A stretch of DNA of 64,000 nt from a virus (taxonomy: Duplodnaviria > Heunggongvirae > Uroviricota > Caudoviricetes), in IMG/VR virus record IMGVR_UViG_3300028797_000097; one strand, written 5' to 3'. The position numbers and the translations under genes are program-made. A model generated the notes under the pieces. The model was given only the letters and a program-made list of their open reading frames with translations. It ran no database searches and had not been told where the DNA came from. Shown here in pieces: positions 58,680 through 64,000 of this stretch. Every line of letters starts with the position of its first letter. The stretch's first letter is position 1.

Positions 58680-58691
58680 TATTTATAAATA
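58680..58691. promoter_or_regulatory. Palindromic bidirectional late promoter TATTTATAAATA
   Basis: Occupies a 20 bp spacer with 4 nt to the ATG on each side. Confidence 0.8.
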
Positions 58692-58695
58692 GTAT

Positions 58696-59547
58696 ATGAA
58701 TCCAAATAACTTAAAAGATTGCTTAACTAAGTTCTGGACACCGAAAAAATGCGGAAAATCCGGAGAACCTGAAGATTTTATTGAACAACATGATATGATT
58801 CTGGGTAGGACTTTAATGGCTGACCCGGCTGATTTATTAGAACAATTAGAAGAAAATACATTCAATTTTCAGAAGTTTGATATGATTGAATGGTCAGATT
58901 TTTTAAGACGTGCAAATTTAGCAGAATATTTAAGATCTGATTATATAAAGCTTGCATTAGATGTAACAACTACAAGACCAGCTATAGGAAAAGGAGAATT
59001 TCTTTTTGTAAGCTGTTTCTCTAATCTTGGATTTGCAAATGGTAAAGGAGATATTGTAGATTTTAAAACAGGTAAACGTTGTGAATTTAAAGGTATTCGT
59101 TCTACATTATCAGGCGACAGTAAAGCATATAGACAAATGAATAAATCAATCATTTATTCTATATTTTCTCTATTTGGCACTGGTTCTTCTCATGACCATT
59201 TTAATCGTAAATGTGCAAGAGATATTGATGAATTATTAAAGTCAAAACCAAGTTTAATAAATGAAGTATTAAAACGTTTACAAAATTTAACAGAACCAGA
59301 TCTGAGTTTTATAAAGCCATTTGCTGAATTATATGAAATTAAGAAAGATATTTTTATGGTTGTTGGTGCAATGCAACTTTGCATTTATTTGAAGACACAA
59401 AATTCACAATATATTTTGTTTACAAATGATGAAGGATTTAGATGTTTTGAACAACCAAAGAGTGCAGAAGATGCATATTATATCGTTAATGAACTTAAAT
59501 TATCAAGTTGGCAAACTAGTGATTATGGTATGACTATAGGTATGTAA
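58696..59547 (+). CDS. Putative PD-(D/E)XK nuclease-fold protein
   Basis: GKGEF...GKGDI...CEFKG spacing. Confidence 0.45.
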   Translation: MNPNNLKDCLTKFWTPKKCGKSGEPEDFIEQHDMILGRTLMADPADLLEQLEENTFNFQKFDMIEWSDFLRRANLAEYLRSDYIKLALDVTTTRPAIGKGEFLFVSCFSNLGFANGKGDIVDFKTGKRCEFKGIRSTLSGDSKAYRQMNKSIIYSIFSLFGTGSSHDHFNRKCARDIDELLKSKPSLINEVLKRLQNLTEPDLSFIKPFAELYEIKKDIFMVVGAMQLCIYLKTQNSQYILFTNDEGFRCFEQPKSAEDAYYIVNELKLSSWQTSDYGMTIGM

Positions 59548-60962
59548 TGGCAGACGGAAATGATAAGAACATATTAGACCCATCATCTGCATCGCAGTCT
59601 GGTCCAACAGCTTCTGTTAATAACGTAATAGAAGTTTTGTATGGTAGTGATGATATTCAAAAAGCATATCCGATTCCGACAAACAAGATAGATAAGATTC
59701 AGATTAAAGAAAGTTTCTTTTCAAAACTTCCAACTTTGAAACTTATCTTGTCTGACGTTGGTACTCTTTTCAATACCGTTGGCTTTCAGATTGGTTATAC
59801 AATCAATGTTAAGATTACTCCAATTGTTAAGAATAAAGATGTTATTCCAAGACCTTATGTAAATTCAAATTTTACAATTCAATCAATTAACTATGTTTTT
59901 GATTTGGATAAGAAAGATTACGTATATGAATTGAATTGTATATATCCAGCAGAAAAATATTTGAATGATATTTGTGTTTGGCCAGTAACTGAAATCGATG
60001 CACTTAATATTGAAAAGCAATATACTAGTGAAGAATTGTTACGTTTAATTTGCACACGCGGTGGTTTAGGATTTTATTCTAATTTAACTACGGAACCAAG
60101 TGATAGCATGGCATGGCTTAATTGTAGCTTAACTTATAGCGAGTTTGCAGAGAAGGTAATAAAACATGCATGGGTTGGCGATGATGATATGCCGATTCTT
60201 TATGTAAACAAGGAAGGCACAGCAATTTATAATACATTAAATACAATGTGTAATGGTGCTACAAAATATACTTATATTCATAAAACTTTATATGATATGA
60301 AGTATAAGCCGACAGGAAATAATCCGAATAGAAAGCCAAGCGGATATAGAACATTTACAGATATGACGTTTAATAACGTTGGTTATATTCAGAACCAAGG
60401 TGCTTATGGTGTAAAAACATATATTTACAATCCATATCATATTAAGAGCATAAATCCGCTTAGTATCAAACCAAAAGTTCCGAAGAATATTAAGAATGTA
60501 ACTCTTAATGATGCATGTTTGCGTTATAAAGAATTCCATGATAATAAAATAAGAGTTGCACAGATGAGTAATAAATCACCTGGACAAGTACAGAATTTTA
60601 GATATTCTTTCTCTAAGATGCACTTTAAACAGACACATGAAAATTATGATTATGCTCCACAACATAATGAAAGTATCAAACGTGCATTCTTCCAGCAATT
60701 TGTTTCTTTGACTGTTGACGCAGTTAACCAACCAGATTATGATTTTGACCCATTACAGATGGTTTATCTTGGTGATAAGATAAGTGTTCGTGTAGATTCA
60801 ACTTATAATCCAGGAACTATCCAGTCTGGCGATTATATCGTAACTGGATTAGTTCATAATTTTTATCCAAGGTCTAATTACACAATAAATATAATCGCAG
60901 CAAACGATGGTATCAATGGTGTAGGCCAGTTGAAAAAAGAAAGTGATATTAATAAGAAGTAG
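59547..60962 (+). CDS. Baseplate hub protein (gp27-like)
   Basis: IQIKESFFSKLPTLKLILSD...YLGDKI...SGDYIVTGLVHNF; directly upstream of gp5. Confidence 0.65.
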   Translation: MADGNDKNILDPSSASQSGPTASVNNVIEVLYGSDDIQKAYPIPTNKIDKIQIKESFFSKLPTLKLILSDVGTLFNTVGFQIGYTINVKITPIVKNKDVIPRPYVNSNFTIQSINYVFDLDKKDYVYELNCIYPAEKYLNDICVWPVTEIDALNIEKQYTSEELLRLICTRGGLGFYSNLTTEPSDSMAWLNCSLTYSEFAEKVIKHAWVGDDDMPILYVNKEGTAIYNTLNTMCNGATKYTYIHKTLYDMKYKPTGNNPNRKPSGYRTFTDMTFNNVGYIQNQGAYGVKTYIYNPYHIKSINPLSIKPKVPKNIKNVTLNDACLRYKEFHDNKIRVAQMSNKSPGQVQNFRYSFSKMHFKQTHENYDYAPQHNESIKRAFFQQFVSLTVDAVNQPDYDFDPLQMVYLGDKISVRVDSTYNPGTIQSGDYIVTGLVHNFYPRSNYTINIIAANDGINGVGQLKKESDINKK

Positions 60963-60970
60963 GTTTATTT

Positions 60971-61750
60971 ATGGCAATGAATACAGATGAAATGCTTAAT
61001 GAAATAATGAGTAAGGTTGATTCTGGTTTTAAGGAACAACAGGCAGACACTTACGAAAAATTTTCACAAGATCCGCATGACAGATGGACTGGTAAAGTTA
61101 TTGATAACGTAGATCCAGAAATGCTTGGTCGTGTAAAGATTCTTGTTTTTGGTTATTATGACGAATTGGCAGAATTCGCATTGCCATGGGCAGTACCTGA
61201 TATTGGTTATATCGGTGGTTCGAATGGTAGTTTCGTTGTTCCTGAAGTTGGAACTTTTGTCAGAGGATATTTTGACCAAGGTGACATTCAGAAACCAATT
61301 TATGACTCTATTGCATTCAGTGAAATGACTGCTAAGAATAAAACCAAAAATATGATGATTAATAAGTTGGAGAATTATCCTCATAAGATGGTTCTTATGG
61401 AAACTGACCAAGGTGATTATCTGACTTTGAATCGTTTTGATGGTGAAACAAAATTCCATCATAGAAGTGGTTTTGATATAACAATCGGTGCAGATGGTTC
61501 TTTAACTATCAATACTGGTGCTAGATATTCTCAACAAGGAAATATCAAAATTGAATGTCATGGTGATACAGAAATAAAGACAAATGGTGATACTTCTGTT
61601 ACTTCTGAATTTGGTAATGTAACTGTAGATTCTAAGTTGGGATTCGTTATGCTTGGTAAAAATCAGGCAAAACAGTTGGTTAATAACTTACCTATTTGTC
61701 CTATTACTGGAATGCCACATTGCACTGGTAATACTAATGTTATCTGTTAA
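60971..61750 (+). CDS. gp5: Baseplate central spike (gp5 OB-fold), no lysozyme domain
   Basis: GKVIDNVDPEMLGRVKI, LPWA, VPEVGTFV, FDQGDIQKPIY. Confidence 0.85.
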   Translation: MAMNTDEMLNEIMSKVDSGFKEQQADTYEKFSQDPHDRWTGKVIDNVDPEMLGRVKILVFGYYDELAEFALPWAVPDIGYIGGSNGSFVVPEVGTFVRGYFDQGDIQKPIYDSIAFSEMTAKNKTKNMMINKLENYPHKMVLMETDQGDYLTLNRFDGETKFHHRSGFDITIGADGSLTINTGARYSQQGNIKIECHGDTEIKTNGDTSVTSEFGNVTVDSKLGFVMLGKNQAKQLVNNLPICPITGMPHCTGNTNVIC

Positions 61751-61771
61751 TTTTAGGTATATAAATATTAT

Positions 61772-62176
61772 ATGTTAGAACTAAATAAAAATCCAGATTA
61801 TACTTGGTTAGAAACCAGTAAGATTGACAGCGAATATTATGATTTAAACGCTGATTTACGTGGTGTCGAAGTATGGAACAAAGATGCATTAGATCAGATG
61901 ATTGAGATGGTCATTGTTACAGAACCACATGAACGTTTATTTAATTTATCCTTTGGTTCTCCATTATATCAAGTATTATTTGATAATTTTAATCAATTAG
62001 ATAGAATAGTAAATACTGTATTTGATACTATTGAATATTGGGTTCCAGTTACAATCGATAGAGCAAATGCAGATGTTGAAGCTGATGAAGATAATCATGC
62101 ATTATTATTTAAGATTCCATATGTTTCAAATAATGGCATGATTAAAGGAATATTTGCAAGAAAAATCAGTAAGTAA
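61772..62176 (+). CDS. gp25: Baseplate wedge gp25-like protein
   Basis: TEPHERLFNLSFGSPLYQVLF...IEYW; TATAAATA at 61760-61767. Confidence 0.8.
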   Translation: MLELNKNPDYTWLETSKIDSEYYDLNADLRGVEVWNKDALDQMIEMVIVTEPHERLFNLSFGSPLYQVLFDNFNQLDRIVNTVFDTIEYWVPVTIDRANADVEADEDNHALLFKIPYVSNNGMIKGIFARKISK

Positions 62177-62186
62177 GGTATAATAA

Positions 62187-63614
62187 ATGGTTGATAACGA
62201 AATAAGAAATTTTGCAGGACCAAAGATAGAGCATGACAGCAAAACAGGCTTGTCACATTTTATCCTATCAACCACTTATGATACTCCTGCAGGTCCTGAA
62301 ATTATCCAGCTACATGGATTACTTTCAGATTTGCCAGAAATTAGTTTTACAGTTAATTATGAAGATGGTCCTGGTAATGAATGGCAGGATATTTTATCTA
62401 ATTTCATGACTAATGACTTAATGTCAATATTTAATGCTATTGGTGCAAAGGGTGCAGGATTCAAAAATATAGTTAAGGCTGGTTCTTGGACAAAGCAGGT
62501 CTATGCTGGTTATGCTCCTTCAACAATACCATTAAAGTTTAGAATTTATACTAGAGATACCTTTGGACAGTCTAATGTTGAAATGTGGAAAAAGTATCTC
62601 GTTAAATTTGCATCAATTAATGACGGTAATAAATTTAGTATAGGTGCAGCTACAGATAATATATTTAATGCTATAGCAACAGCATATAATACTGGTGAAG
62701 ATGTTGCAGAACTTGCAAATAGTTCTGTAACCGCTTTAAAGAATACCACAGATGTTACAGCAGGTCAGTCAAATTCAAAAAGCGAAGGTAATGATTTCGT
62801 TTCTAAATCTATGACTGTTGAAGCACAAATAGATGCAATTAAAACAGCATTAGCAGATATTTCTGCACTTGCATCTGCGAATGATGTTTTTAAAATTGAC
62901 ATGAAGATTGAAAAAAACAATGAAACTGTAACAGAATATTTAGGTTGGGGCGGTGCATATACTCCTATTACTTTTACTGCAAGTTTTACAGATACTAGAG
63001 CAGCAAATTCTAATGTAACATTAGCTCCTGTTGAAATTGGTAGACTTAATGCAGTTACTATGACTGGTAATGAAGACCCTGATGAAATTTATATTTCTTA
63101 TGAAGATTTAGAAGGTGCTATTGATGATTTTGTTGGTAAATGTTCATCATTAAGCAATGAAGCAGCATCAAAAATTAAAGATACCTTAGGTGATTCTTCA
63201 AAAAAGAAAATAAAAGATGCATTTGAAGCAAAAGCACCACATGAAGCAAAAAATAATGATATTCGTAAATTAGGAAAATTTATTAAAGATAATGCCAATG
63301 CTATTGGTGATATTATGGTTTCTAAATATGATGAAAACCGTGTTTATGAAACTATGAATATTGAAAATAGCCTAGGTGAAAAGTTATGGCATCTAAATAT
63401 TTACGATAATGTCATCTTTAACATGGCAAAACCATTAGTCGTTTATATTTCTGAATGGAGTTATAAAGCATCAGAAGAACGTGATGGTAATGATCCTGTT
63501 TATTATGATTTTGAAATTACTTGTGCATTAGACCAAGTTTATTCTCGTGATACATGGAATAAAATTTTAGCAAGACCAGCAACAGAAATAAAGCTGCCAA
63601 TTGGTGGTTTTTGA
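62187..63614 (+). CDS. Baseplate/tube-associated protein (gp48/gp54-like fold suspected)
   Basis: YAGYAPSTIPLKFRIY...VYISEWSY...YYDFEITC. Confidence 0.4.
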   Translation: MVDNEIRNFAGPKIEHDSKTGLSHFILSTTYDTPAGPEIIQLHGLLSDLPEISFTVNYEDGPGNEWQDILSNFMTNDLMSIFNAIGAKGAGFKNIVKAGSWTKQVYAGYAPSTIPLKFRIYTRDTFGQSNVEMWKKYLVKFASINDGNKFSIGAATDNIFNAIATAYNTGEDVAELANSSVTALKNTTDVTAGQSNSKSEGNDFVSKSMTVEAQIDAIKTALADISALASANDVFKIDMKIEKNNETVTEYLGWGGAYTPITFTASFTDTRAANSNVTLAPVEIGRLNAVTMTGNEDPDEIYISYEDLEGAIDDFVGKCSSLSNEAASKIKDTLGDSSKKKIKDAFEAKAPHEAKNNDIRKLGKFIKDNANAIGDIMVSKYDENRVYETMNIENSLGEKLWHLNIYDNVIFNMAKPLVVYISEWSYKASEERDGNDPVYYDFEITCALDQVYSRDTWNKILARPATEIKLPIGGF

Positions 63615-63633
63615 AACCGCTAATAAATGATGT

Positions 63634-64000
63634 TTAACATAATATTTCTGTTAAATCAGCATCGGTTAATACATACTGTGTTTGTAATGATACATTAAAA
63701 TCTACATATATTGGATTATTATTATATGTTGTATTTAATGATGGTTTAAATGACCATGATTTTAATAACCATTTTACTTTAGGCGATGATTTAATTAAAC
63801 CATTAATATCAAGCTTTATTAATGGACAACCACCTGTATCATTATCTTCCATATTGCCAAGACCTTCAATAAATTCTTTTAAGTGGTCTATGTCCTGTTT
63901 AACTTCTTTAGATGCTAGACTTCCTTCAAGTTTATTATTTTTTATAGAATTACCAATATCTCTAAATGAAATCTTTTCATTGCCAAGATTATTTTTTAAA
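63634..64000 (-). CDS. 3' end of a gene truncated by the window edge; C-terminus resembles that of 62187..63614
   Basis: Frame is open from the window end; WLLKSWSFKPS...NPIYVDFNVSL vs VYISEWSYKAS...DPVYYDFEITC. Confidence 0.55.
   Translation of the reverse strand, partial: LKNNLGNEKISFRDIGNSIKNNKLEGSLASKEVKQDIDHLKEFIEGLGNMEDNDTGGCPLIKLDINGLIKSSPKVKWLLKSWSFKPSLNTTYNNNPIYVDFNVSLQTQYVLTDADLTEILC

Noticed and set aside
1-64000. Alternative genetic code (TAG or TGA recoding) as in some large gut phages
   Set aside because: Core genes are full length in code 11, and TAG/TGA end genes at sensible positions (27147, 60962, 2722, 63614).

Overview
A 64 kb AT-rich segment of a large T4-superfamily (myovirus) phage genome, read in the standard genetic code. 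It holds most of the virion morphogenesis genes: portal gp20, protease gp21, scaffold gp22, major capsid gp23, sheath gp18, tube gp19, neck gp14, gp4, TerS gp16, the C-terminal half of TerL gp17, baseplate gp5/6/25/26/27 and several large fibre-like proteins. It also encodes late sigma gp55, RegA, clamp loader gp62, RuvC, two glycosyltransferases and nucleotide enzymes. Unlike T4, these genes are scattered in about 20 blocks of alternating orientation, most with their own TATAAATA late promoter and hairpin terminator. Main observations: (1) TerL is split by an atypical AceL-TerL-type split intein whose N-half is absent from the window; (2) a small protein carries a 21/25-identical copy of the predicted mature N-arm of the major capsid protein, behind a leader motif shared by six proteins; (3) a ~330 nt structured, ORF-free RNA candidate with its own promoter; (4) two tail-tube-fold proteins fused to a T4-lysozyme-like motif and a Cpl-7 cell-wall-binding repeat, while gp5 lacks a lysozyme; (5) palindromic bidirectional late promoters that probably yield leaderless mRNAs. 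No tRNA, rRNA or CRISPR array was seen. All family assignments come from motif recognition by eye; no database searches were run.
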